64,000 nt of DNA from Spirochaetia bacterium (GTDB lineage: Bacteria > Spirochaetota > Spirochaetia > SZUA-6 > Bin103), in assembly GCA_965203055.1 (NCBI GenBank), contig OZ241863.1, forward strand, positions 3,136,001 through 3,200,000. Direction: 5' to 3'. The position numbers and the translations under genes are program-made. The notes beneath the pieces were generated by a model, which was not told the origin of the DNA, made no database searches, and saw only the letters and a list, made by a program, of their open reading frames with translations. Of the stretch, positions 9,099 through 17,672 are shown one piece after another. How positions within the stretch are numbered: position 1 is the stretch's first letter; each line of letters opens with the position of its first letter.

Positions 9099-10075
9099 GG
9101 CGCTCCGGCGCCGATCTGCCGGCCCCGGCCGCTCCGCCCGTGCCGGCCGTGCCGGCCAGGCGCGGGCGCCGGATCAGGAACGCGCGCGAAGACCGGGTGT
9201 TCTACGCCCTCGACTATGCGTTGCTGACCTTCGCGTTCGTCATCGTCATCTATCCGCTGATCTACATCGTCAGTTCGTCGTTCAGCGACGCCCGGGAGGT
9301 GTTGGCCGGGCGCGTGTGGCTGCTGCCGATCAACCCCAGCCTGGACGGCTACAAGGCGGTGTTCGAGTACGGTGAGCTGTGGCTCGGCTACGGCAACTCG
9401 ATCTTCTACACCGTGTTCGGCACCCTCTACAACGTGGCGATGACCATGATCGTGGCCTATCCGCTGTCGCGCAAGGACTTCGTCGGGCGCAGTCCGATCA
9501 TGTTCCTGTTCACCTTCACCATGTTCTTCCACGGCGGCCTGATCCCCACCTATCTGCTGATCAAGAGCCTCGGCATGATCGATACCCGCGCCGTGCTCAT
9601 CATCCCCTGGGCAATCGGCGTGTGGAACGTGATCATCACCCGCACCTACCTGCAGAGCACCGTCCCCGGCGAGTTGTACGAGGCGGCGCGGGTGGACGGC
9701 GCTTCCAATACCCGCATGTTCTGGCACATCGTGCTGCCGCTGTCCGGGCCGATCATCGCCGTCATCACGCTGTTCTACGCGGTCCACCACTGGAACACCT
9801 ACTTCAATGCCCTGATCTTCATTCGCAACGACAACCTGCGCCCGCTGCAGCTCATCCTGCGCGAGATACTGATCCAGAACTCGATGAACATCCTGGACGA
9901 CATGATGGCCGACATGACCGCCGAACAGCTCGAGCAGATGACCCGGCGCGAGTTTCTGGTGGCGTTGCTGCAGTACGCCGTCATCGTGGTGGCCACGGTC
10001 CCGGTCCTGGTGATGTACCCGTTCGTACAGAAGCACTTCGTCAAGGGAGTGATGATCGGATCGATCAAAGGATGA
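9092..10075 (+). CDS. Carbohydrate ABC transporter permease (LplC-like)
   Basis: 3' half of ORF 8078..10075; GTG 9092 overlaps the upstream stop. GGLIPTY, ELYEAARVDGA, YPFVQKHFVKGVMIGSIKG. Confidence 0.9.
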   Translation: MVRRSGADLPAPAAPPVPAVPARRGRRIRNAREDRVFYALDYALLTFAFVIVIYPLIYIVSSSFSDAREVLAGRVWLLPINPSLDGYKAVFEYGELWLGYGNSIFYTVFGTLYNVAMTMIVAYPLSRKDFVGRSPIMFLFTFTMFFHGGLIPTYLLIKSLGMIDTRAVLIIPWAIGVWNVIITRTYLQSTVPGELYEAARVDGASNTRMFWHIVLPLSGPIIAVITLFYAVHHWNTYFNALIFIRNDNLRPLQLILREILIQNSMNILDDMMADMTAEQLEQMTRREFLVALLQYAVIVVATVPVLVMYPFVQKHFVKGVMIGSIKG

Positions 10076-10164
10076 CAAGGAAAGGACAGGACGCACCGCG
10101 GGCGTTGCCGCCCGCAACCGCCCGGGCGTTGCCCGGCGCAACCATCTTCACAAGGAGTTTGCAG

Positions 10165-11871
10165 ATGCGAAGTCTTGCAATCTTGATGATGCTCGCGGCC
10201 GCCGCGGCCATGAGCTTCGCCGCCGGCGAGGGGGAAGCCACCTCGTCCGGCGATTACGCCCTGAATCCACCGGGAACCTATCCGGTGGTCGAACCGACGT
10301 ACGAGTTCGACGTGGTCACCATCTACCTGAGCCACGAATCGTCGGGCCGGCCCGGGGACTCGAAGTTCTCGGCCTTCCTGGAGGACCTCACCAACGTGCG
10401 GGTCAACTTCATCGACGTGATCGAGAGCGGCGCCGCGGGCGAGAAGCTCAACCTGATGTTGGCCAGCGGCGACCTGCCCGACGTGATCATGACGCCGTTT
10501 CACGTCAACGCTCAAACCACCTTTCAGCACGGCGCCGCCGGCAGCTTCCAGCGTTTGAACGAGCTGATCGACAGCCACATGCCGGCGCTGAAGCGCGAGT
10601 TGGAGAAGTGGCCGCAGTACCGGGCGCAGCTCACCATGCCGGACGGCGGCATCTACAACCTGCCGGAGTTGGAGGCGGGCTGCTTCCACTGCCGCTTCCA
10701 GATCAAGTTCTGGATGTACCAGCCGTGGTTCGACAAGCTGGGACTCGACTTTCCGCCCACCACCACCGACGAGCTCTACGAAGTACTGAAGGCGTTCAAG
10801 ACCGGCGACCCCAACGGCAACGGCATTGCCGACGAGATTCCGATGCTCGGCGCCTCCACCGGCTGGAACGCGCTGCCGCTGAACTTCCTGATGAACGCCT
10901 TCACCTACACCCGGCGCGGCACCTACGGCGGCTATCTGGAGCGGACGCCGGATTCGATGCGCTTCGTGGCCGATACGCCGGAGTGGCGCGAGGGCCTGCG
11001 CTACATCCACCGCCTGTACGAGGAGGGGTTGATCGGGCGCGAGACCTTCACGCAGAAGAATGACCAGGCCAAGGCGACCATCGAGAACCCGGACGTAGAG
11101 CTGGTCGGCAGCTTCCCCGCCGGCTGGTTCGGCGTGATGACGGTCAACGGCGGCGGCACCGGGCGGTTCGCCGACTTCAAGCCGATCGCGCCGTTGAAGG
11201 GACCCGCCGGGGGACAGTACACGACCTACTTCCCGCCGCAGATTCGCTACCACACGTTCATCACCGCGCGCGAGGAGCACCCGGAGATCGTGGCGCAGTG
11301 GGCCAACTGGTTCTACGAGGATCCGTTGGTGAACTCCGCGTTGGCCATGGACTTCCTGGAAGAGGGGGTGCACTGGCGCTACCTGACGCCGGACGAGAAG
11401 ACCATGGGTTACGTGGCGCGCGACGGTTCGCCGGCGGTGACCTGGCCGCTGCTGACCAAGACCTACGGCGAGGTGAAGCGCGACGACGGCTGGAGCCGCA
11501 CCGCCCTGCGCTGGGGGCCGGTCGGCACCAGCGCCCTGAACCCGGAGTGGGCCAACGATCCCTCCAAGCAGGAGTGGATCCTGATGGTCGCCACCCGCGA
11601 CATGTACCAGCCGCTGCTGCAGGAGAACTACGTGCCCGCCAACCTCGTGTTCGATGAGGACGTGCAGGATGAGCTGGCCGATCTGACCGCCACCATCGCC
11701 GGGGGAACCGGCTTGGTGGAGCAGTGGAGCACCGAGTTCATCGTCGGCTCCCGCGACATCGACGATCAGGGTCAGTGGGACAACTACGTCAATGAGCTGC
11801 GGCGCGCCGGCGTGGAGCGCTACGTGCAGATCTGGGAGGACACCCTCAGGAACGCCGGCTACCTCAACTAG
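10165..11871 (+). CDS. ABC transporter extracellular solute-binding protein
   Basis: AGGAG SD before ATG 10165; signal peptide MRSLAILMMLAAAAAMSFAAG; LNLMLASGDLPD, PTTTDELYEVLKAFKTGDPNGNG. Confidence 0.92.
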   Translation: MRSLAILMMLAAAAAMSFAAGEGEATSSGDYALNPPGTYPVVEPTYEFDVVTIYLSHESSGRPGDSKFSAFLEDLTNVRVNFIDVIESGAAGEKLNLMLASGDLPDVIMTPFHVNAQTTFQHGAAGSFQRLNELIDSHMPALKRELEKWPQYRAQLTMPDGGIYNLPELEAGCFHCRFQIKFWMYQPWFDKLGLDFPPTTTDELYEVLKAFKTGDPNGNGIADEIPMLGASTGWNALPLNFLMNAFTYTRRGTYGGYLERTPDSMRFVADTPEWREGLRYIHRLYEEGLIGRETFTQKNDQAKATIENPDVELVGSFPAGWFGVMTVNGGGTGRFADFKPIAPLKGPAGGQYTTYFPPQIRYHTFITAREEHPEIVAQWANWFYEDPLVNSALAMDFLEEGVHWRYLTPDEKTMGYVARDGSPAVTWPLLTKTYGEVKRDDGWSRTALRWGPVGTSALNPEWANDPSKQEWILMVATRDMYQPLLQENYVPANLVFDEDVQDELADLTATIAGGTGLVEQWSTEFIVGSRDIDDQGQWDNYVNELRRAGVERYVQIWEDTLRNAGYLN

Positions 11872-11893
11872 CCAGCTTTAGCTTCGTTGGCTG

Positions 11894-11934
11894 GAAGGGC
11901 GCGGGCAGCGACCCGTTCGCTGCCCGCGCCCTTC
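11894..11934 (+). terminator. Hairpin terminator after the ABC operon
   Basis: Perfect 18-bp stem gaagggcgcgggcagcga / tcgctgcccgcgcccttc with a 5-nt loop, 22 nt after the stop; no clear U-tract. Confidence 0.7.
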
Positions 11935-12043
11935 ATGGCCGTCTGGGCGATCGGCGCGGCCGTGAGGACGAGGCGTGTGTCAAGCCTACGATGCCTACGC
12001 AGGGCGCACTAGGCGCACCCATTTGTTGGTACCGCCCCCCCCC

Positions 12044-12515
12044 TTTGAAGCCGCCGGAAAGGCGTACTACGAGTACCGCTACGCCGCCATGGACCGCGCC
12101 GTGCTCGACGCCTGCGGCTGGAGCGACATTGCCACCGCCTGCGACCTCCTCTCGACTACGAGATCGACGAAGCCGCCTGGGGCCAGTTCCTCGACAGCAG
12201 TCATGTCCGATCGAACTTCGGGTTGTCCACCCGTTTGCCCAGCTCCAGGTTCTCATCGATGGTGAACCACCCGGCGGCGACTTTCGTCACTCTGATGCCG
12301 TCGCGGGTGTGGAGGATCGCCAGACTCCGGCGCGGCCGGCGTGGCGGAGGTTTATCTCCGTACTCCGGTCGTGTTATCGGCCTGCCGGAGTAGTCGGTAT
12401 CCGTGCCCATCCTTGCTCCACCATCAGTCTATCGAGCGCCTCCGCTATAGGCAAGAAGTCACCGAATGCCCAGACCTGGCGACGCCTGGGCCGGGTCGTA
12501 AGAAGAAACCCTGCC
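12044..12515 (+). pseudogene. Decayed C-terminal fragment of a type IIG/Eco57I-like N6 DNA methyltransferase, interrupted by an ~300-bp insert
   Basis: Pieces FEAAGKAYYEYR / YAAMDRAVLDACGWSDIATACD / (frameshift) LDYEIDEAAWG ... GRKKKPCR follow the order of the recalled C-terminus of large RM methyltransferases. Confidence 0.6.
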
Positions 12516-12606
12516 GCTCGACGCCGGCGACATTCACGGCAGTAGCATCTGACGGAACGTCCCAGCCGCTTGGAAATGCGCCGCCGAGTCATGCCCGCAG
12601 GTGGCA

Positions 12607-12654
12607 TATTCCGGGCCGGAATAAATTGACTCAAATAGTTTCCATGATTATACT
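12607..12654 (+). promoter_or_regulatory. Near-consensus sigma70 promoter with upstream palindrome, likely leaderless HNH transcript
   Basis: TTGACT (12626-12631), 17-nt spacer, TATACT (12649-12654), ATG at 12661; inverted repeat tattccgg-g-ccggaata at 12607-12623. Confidence 0.7.
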
Positions 12655-12660
12655 TATGTC

Positions 12661-14010
12661 ATGAACAATCATGCTTCCGACGGGGCCGTCACCACTACCG
12701 TTTCGCCCTCTCAGACGACCGCTTGCTGGAGCGGACCAAGGAACTGTCCGGCATTGAACACCATCTCGAAGTGGTCGTCATCGACCACCTGCGGGAGATT
12801 CATAAGCGCCGCCTGTATCTGCGCCGCGGGTTCTCGATCCTGTTCGATTATGCGGTGCGCGAACTGGGTTACAGCGACGCCGCAGCGTGGCGGCGCATCG
12901 AGGCGATGCGGCTCTGCGCGGAGGTCGAGGGCGTGCGGGAGCGCTGCGGAATGGCACGATGACGCTGAACGCAGCGGCGCAGTTGCAGCATGCCTTCGAC
13001 CGGCAGGAGCGCAAGAAGGAACGCGCGGCGAGCGGCGCGCCGGGCGGGGCCGGGTGCGGGGCTGCCGCTCAGTCGCAGAACGGCTCGGCGCCGCCGAGGC
13101 CGGCGGAGCGGAAGCCGGCGCCGGTGCTGGACCCGGAGGCGCGGCGGGAGCTGGTGGAGCAGGCGTCCGGCAAGAGCAGCCGGGAGGTGATGCAGTTGCT
13201 GGCCGAGGTGGACCCGGAGCTGGCGGCGCGGGCGGATCGGGTGCGGCCCCTGGGCGGCGGGCGCTGGGAACTCAAGGCGGTGATCGACGATGAGTGCCGG
13301 CGGGGCCTGGAGCGGCTCCATGGCCTCCTGTCCCACGTCGATCCGCACCTGACGATGGGCAGCTCATGGCGCGGCTGGTGCGGGAAGGGCTCGACCGCCA
13401 CGACCCCGCCCGGCCGCCGCGCGGGCGGCGCGCCGCGCCAGCCAAACGCGCCGAGCAAACTTCGGCGGCGAAGACGCAGGCGGCCGCGGCTCGCGGCGCC
13501 GCCTCGGCAGCGAAGCAGGAGACCAGCGCGGACAGCGCCGCTCCTTCGGCGGCGAAGGTATCGGCTCAGGCGCCGGCGCAGCCGGGAGACGAAGCCGCTG
13601 ACCGCCCGGACACTTCGGCAGCGAAGTCGGCGACCGACACCACTTCGGCGCCGAAGACGCGGCGCCTCGACCGGCAGGCTGCGACGGCCTGCGCGAAGCC
13701 GGCTGCCGCGCCGCGGACCCGGACTTCGGCAGCAAAGCCGGGCGTGACCGGCCGCGCCATCCCGGCGGCGGTCAAGCGCGAGGTGTGGCGGCGCGACCGG
13801 GGCCGCTGCCGCTACGTGGACCGCACCAGCGGACGCCGTTGCGGCTCCCAACACCTGCTGCAGATAGATCACGTCGTGCCGTATGCCCGCGGCGGCGCCG
13901 CCGAGCCGAACAATCTCCGCCTGCTGTGCGCAGCCCATCACCGCTACCGCCACGCCGGCGCCGGATTCGACCGCCCCGGCGAGGATCAGCAGGCGCCGGT
14001 AGACCGGTGA
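12661..14010 (+). pseudogene. HNH endonuclease with N-terminal DUF222-like helical region, three -1 frameshifts (~450 aa if repaired)
   Basis: Joining frames at ~12704, ~12943 and ~13359 gives LSDDRLLERT...SILFDYAVRELGYS...LSHVDPHLTMGQL...RAIPAAVKREVWRRDRGRC...C...LQIDHVVPYARGG....NLRLLCAAHH. Confidence 0.8.
13459..13737 (+). repeat. Array of ~15-bp near-palindromic repeats (acttcggcRgcgaag) inside the HNH gene
   Basis: Copies at 13459, 13501, 13543, 13612, 13642, 13684 (degenerate) and 13723; spacings 42, 42, 69, 30, 42, 39 with unique spacers; encode TSAAK/TSAPK. Confidence 0.8.
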
Positions 14011-14117
14011 TCAGATCGCCGAGAACGTCATCTTACACTGGGACTGGGACTGGGGCTTGGCCGTCAAGCGGCCTGACGCTTACCTACATTTGGAATGCGC
14101 CCGCCTACGCAATCGGA

Positions 14118-15089
14118 TCAGGGGCCGGCGAGCACCTCGGCGAACAGTTCGCGGTCGACGTTGCCGCCGGACAGCGCCAGCGCTACGCGGCGGCCGCGCA
14201 TGAGCGTTCGTTCCTGCAGCAATGCCGCCAGCGGGGCGGCGCCGGCGCCTTCGGCTACGTTGTGCGTGTCGCTGTAGCAGGCGCGCATGGCCGCCCGCAA
14301 CTCGGCTTCCGAGACTGCGGCCACGCGCGCCGCGCCGGCCAGGATCAGCGCCAGCGCGGTGGGGTCCGGGCTGCGCACCGCCATGCCGTCGGCCAGCGTC
14401 TCGCCCGCTTCGGTGCGGCGCGGCGCGCCGGCGGCGAACGAGAGCCGGTAGGCCGGCAGCGCCGCGCTCACCACCCCGATGACCGCCGTCGCCGGGGACA
14501 GCGCGTCGCGTGCCGCCATCACCCCGCAGATCCCCGATCCCAGTCCGATGGGGACGTACACCGCATCCAGGTCGGGCACCGCGCGGAACAGTTCCGCTCC
14601 GTAGCTGGCCGTTCCCGGCACCAAGTCCAGGCTGAACGACGGCAGCAGGCGCAGCCCGTCCCGCGCCGCCAGTTGCCTTGCGTGGGCCAACGCCTCGTCG
14701 AAGTCGCGCCCGTGCTCCACCAGCCGGGCGCCAAAGGCGCGCATCGCGGCGTTCTTCTCCCGGGCGTTGCCGCGCGGCACCACCACGGTGGCGGAGATGC
14801 CGGCCGCGCGGGCGGCGTAGGCGACGCTCTGCCCGTAGTTGCCGCGGGTGGCGGCGATGACGCCGGTCACCGCGGGGTTCTCCCGGAGCAGCCGGTCGAC
14901 CGCGACCAGCGCTCCGCGCAACTTGAACGAGCCGATCGGGGTGTGGTTCTCGTGCTTCACCCACACCGTGCAGCCGGCGCGTTCTTCCAGCAATGGCCAG
15001 CGGTACTGCGGCGTGGGCGGCATCGTCCGGTACACGATCGGGGCGGCCGCGTCGATCTCGTCGATGGTGGGAAGCCGAGGTTCGGACAT
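14118..15089 (-). CDS. PLP-dependent threonine dehydratase family protein
   Basis: KHENHTPIGSFKLRG, TRGNYGQ, PIGLGSG, EGAGA, LSGGNVD. Confidence 0.92.
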   Translation of the reverse strand: MSEPRLPTIDEIDAAAPIVYRTMPPTPQYRWPLLEERAGCTVWVKHENHTPIGSFKLRGALVAVDRLLRENPAVTGVIAATRGNYGQSVAYAARAAGISATVVVPRGNAREKNAAMRAFGARLVEHGRDFDEALAHARQLAARDGLRLLPSFSLDLVPGTASYGAELFRAVPDLDAVYVPIGLGSGICGVMAARDALSPATAVIGVVSAALPAYRLSFAAGAPRRTEAGETLADGMAVRSPDPTALALILAGAARVAAVSEAELRAAMRACYSDTHNVAEGAGAAPLAALLQERTLMRGRRVALALSGGNVDRELFAEVLAGP

Positions 15090-15213
15090 GCCCGCACCCT
15101 AAGCCGGCAGCCTGCCGATAGGGAAGCGCGGGGGCCGGGTCGATTGGCGCGGTGGTTCGTGCGCGCTTCCGGCTATCCCTGCCGCCGGATGCCGGGGTAT
15201 TTTCAGGTACGCC

Positions 15214-15591
15214 ATGGGAGCGTTCACGGTCGACTGCGAGCTGCAGGAACTTACCGGCAATCGGCCGGCGGTGAGCATCGCCGGGGTAATGGTGGACACC
15301 GGGTCCGAGTACACGTGGCTGCCGGAGCAGGTGCTCACCGCCGCCGGGGTGCGAGTGACCAAGAAGGAGGTGGCGTTCGTGATGGCGAACGGCACGACCA
15401 TCACGCGCGACATTGGCTACGCCTACCTGCGAAGCAGCGGATTCGAGACCGTTGACGAGGTGGTATTTGCGCGCCCCGGCGATCTGCGGCTGCTCGGCGC
15501 GCGCACGCTCGAGGGGTTCGCGGCGCTGGTCGATGCGCGCCGGAAGCGCCTGGTGGCCTCGGGACCGCTGCCGGTGGCATCCGGGAGCTGA
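15214..15591 (+). CDS. Clan AA (retropepsin-like) aspartyl protease
   Basis: VMVDTGSEYT catalytic motif and LLGARTLEG. Confidence 0.8.
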   Translation: MGAFTVDCELQELTGNRPAVSIAGVMVDTGSEYTWLPEQVLTAAGVRVTKKEVAFVMANGTTITRDIGYAYLRSSGFETVDEVVFARPGDLRLLGARTLEGFAALVDARRKRLVASGPLPVASGS

Positions 15592-15608
15592 CCTGTCTCG
15601 AGCTGAGC

Positions 15609-16664
15609 ATGCATTCGTTTCGCGACAACCGGCTGCGCGATCATCGGCTGCCGATGAGCACGGCGTGGCTGCTCAACGACATCGCCGAATACAAGGGGAA
15701 GCAGGAGCGGCTTTCCCGGCAGCCGCAGCAGGCCCGCAAGGCGCTCCGCGACTCGGCCGTGGTTCAGAGCGTGGAGTCCTCGAATCGAATCGAAGGGGTG
15801 ACGGTCGGCCGCGACCGGCTGGTGGCGCTGGTACTTGGCCGGTCGGCTGCCCGGGACCGTTCCGAACAGGAGATCCAGGGGTACCGCCGCGCGCTGGGCG
15901 AAATCCATTCCCGCTTCGCGGCGCCGCTCCCGGTTACGCCGGAAACCCTGCAACGGCTGCACGCCCATTGCCAGCCCACCAGCGGCGACGCCGGCCAATT
16001 CAAGCGCGTCGATAACGACATCGTCGAACTCCGGCCGGGACGCGCGCCGGTGGTCCGCTTCCGCTGCGTGCCGGCGCGAGACACCCCGGGCGCCGCGGCG
16101 GAGCTGTGCGCGCGCTACCGCCATGCCCTCGATCAGGACCGCATCCCGCCGCTGATCGCCGGCGCCGCGCTGGTCCTGGACTTTCTCTGCATCCACCCGT
16201 TTCGGGACGGCAACGGTCGCGTGTCGCGGCTGCTCACCCTCCTGACGCTCGACCAGCATGGCTACGAGGTGGGCCGCTACCTCAGCCTCGAACGCCTCAT
16301 CGAGGAGTCGAAGGAGGAGTACTACGCCTGCCTGCACCGTTGTTCGCAACGGTGGCACCAGGGCCGGCACGAACTGACGCCGTGGTTCAACTTCCTGTTC
16401 GCCATCATTCGCCGCGGCTACGTGGAGATGGAGGCGCGCGCCGCGCAGGTGACGGCTCCGCGCGGCGCAAAGGCGGCGCTGGTCCATGCCGCGATTCGCG
16501 CGCAGCCGGGCGAGTTTCGCCTGAGCGATCTGGAACGAGCTTGTCCGGGGGTTGGCCGGGAGTGGATTCGCACCCTGCTGGCCGACCTGAAACGGTCCGG
16601 CGGCGTCACCTGCGAAGGCCGCGGCCCCGGCGCCCGCTGGCGGCTCAAGAATAAGGAGGAATAA
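15609..16664 (+). CDS. Fic-domain protein (class II-like) with C-terminal wHTH
   Basis: HPFRDGNGRVSR catalytic motif; N-terminal inhibitory-type SNRIEG. Confidence 0.93.
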   Translation: MHSFRDNRLRDHRLPMSTAWLLNDIAEYKGKQERLSRQPQQARKALRDSAVVQSVESSNRIEGVTVGRDRLVALVLGRSAARDRSEQEIQGYRRALGEIHSRFAAPLPVTPETLQRLHAHCQPTSGDAGQFKRVDNDIVELRPGRAPVVRFRCVPARDTPGAAAELCARYRHALDQDRIPPLIAGAALVLDFLCIHPFRDGNGRVSRLLTLLTLDQHGYEVGRYLSLERLIEESKEEYYACLHRCSQRWHQGRHELTPWFNFLFAIIRRGYVEMEARAAQVTAPRGAKAALVHAAIRAQPGEFRLSDLERACPGVGREWIRTLLADLKRSGGVTCEGRGPGARWRLKNKEE

Positions 16665-16701
16665 GGGTAGTAACGCCTGAGTAAGGGTAGTAGAGAGGGT
16701 A

Positions 16702-17577
16702 TCAACTGATCCGTTCGCGGACCTGCTCCCACGGCACCACCTGGTCGGGGTTGCTGCTGGCCACGGTGATCGGCCGCATCCGGTAGTGGTCGTAGAGGGT
16801 GGCGTAACCCTGCCGTTCGTCGTCGCTACGCGCCGCGGCCGCTTCCGGAACCACGTAACGCAGATCGACGCTCCAGCGCATCTCAGCGGTGGTGTTGAGG
16901 GTGCTGGCGTGGCAGGTGAGGTTGCTGAACGCCAGCAAGCCGCCACGCCTCATTGGCAGCACGACCGGCGCGGCGCGCTGCTCCACGTCGTCGAACATGC
17001 GCACGATTCGCTGGGAGTCGCGCGCCCCGCCGAGCAGCCCCCAACGGTGGCTGCCGGGAATGAGGTGCAGGCAGCCGTTGCGCTGATCCACGTCCACCAG
17101 CGGAATCCATACCGAGATCACGTGGAGGTGGCGGGTAGGGTTGCCGTAGTACTGGGTGTCCTGATGCCAGGGGGCGGAGGTAGCGTCGCTCTCGGGCACC
17201 TTGGCGCGCACCGCAAAGCTGCCTGTCCAGGCGACTTCCGGCCCCAGCAGCGCGGTCATCAGCGCCAGCAGCCGGGGGTGGCGCACGAACTGGAACAGCT
17301 CCCGCGAGGCCGCGGCGCGCGTTCGCAGCTCCCAGATGCGCACCGCCGCCCGCGCCTGCTCGCACAGCAACACCAGACGCCGGTTGAAGGGCTGATCGGC
17401 GAAGCGCGAGCTGACCTTGCCTTCTCGGAAGAGGCGGCCGGCGAGCTGATCCACCTCCTCCTCGATGGCCGCGCGCACCGGCTCCAGGTCCGCTTCGGTG
17501 AACGTTTCGGGCAGCAGCAGGTAGCCGTCGTTGCGGTACGCTTCGACGCGCGCTCGATCGATCACCGCCGCAGGCAT
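16702..17577 (-). CDS. Phytanoyl-CoA dioxygenase (PhyH) family Fe(II)/2OG oxygenase
   Basis: YRNDGYL, PWHQD, VWIPL.D....NGCL..IPGSH, HAS, RWS. Confidence 0.92.
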   Translation of the reverse strand: MPAAVIDRARVEAYRNDGYLLLPETFTEADLEPVRAAIEEEVDQLAGRLFREGKVSSRFADQPFNRRLVLLCEQARAAVRIWELRTRAAASRELFQFVRHPRLLALMTALLGPEVAWTGSFAVRAKVPESDATSAPWHQDTQYYGNPTRHLHVISVWIPLVDVDQRNGCLHLIPGSHRWGLLGGARDSQRIVRMFDDVEQRAAPVVLPMRRGGLLAFSNLTCHASTLNTTAEMRWSVDLRYVVPEAAAARSDDERQGYATLYDHYRMRPITVASSNPDQVVPWEQVRERIS

Positions 17578-17645
17578 CGCTCAAGTGTGGCATGCCCCGA
17601 TCACGGCGTCAAACTCGCGGCAGGCGTTCCCTGCGATACCATGCC

Positions 17646-17667
17646 GCCGGCCGGTATACTGGCCGGC
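17646..17667. promoter_or_regulatory. 22-bp near-palindrome containing a -10 box upstream of pglW
   Basis: gccggccg-gtatac-tggccggc (one mismatched pair) includes TATACT 17655-17660, 12 nt before the pglW ATG, in the divergent phyH/pglW gap. Confidence 0.5.
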
Positions 17668-17672
17668 ACCCG

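Noticed and set aside
12201..12634. Small minus-strand ORFs (69 aa and 86 aa) in the insert region
   Set aside because: No recognisable domain; probably fragments.
13459..13737. CRISPR array interpretation of the palindromic repeats
   Set aside because: Repeats are only ~15 bp and degenerate, spacing is irregular and in frame within a CDS, and there are no cas genes; kept as a repeat finding only.
14036..14055. actggg x3 microrepeat after the HNH gene
   Set aside because: Too short to assign a function.
11993..14111. 9-bp direct repeat gcctacgca flanking the relic/HNH region as a possible att site or target-site duplication
   Set aside because: Short, could be chance, and no integrase or transposase nearby.
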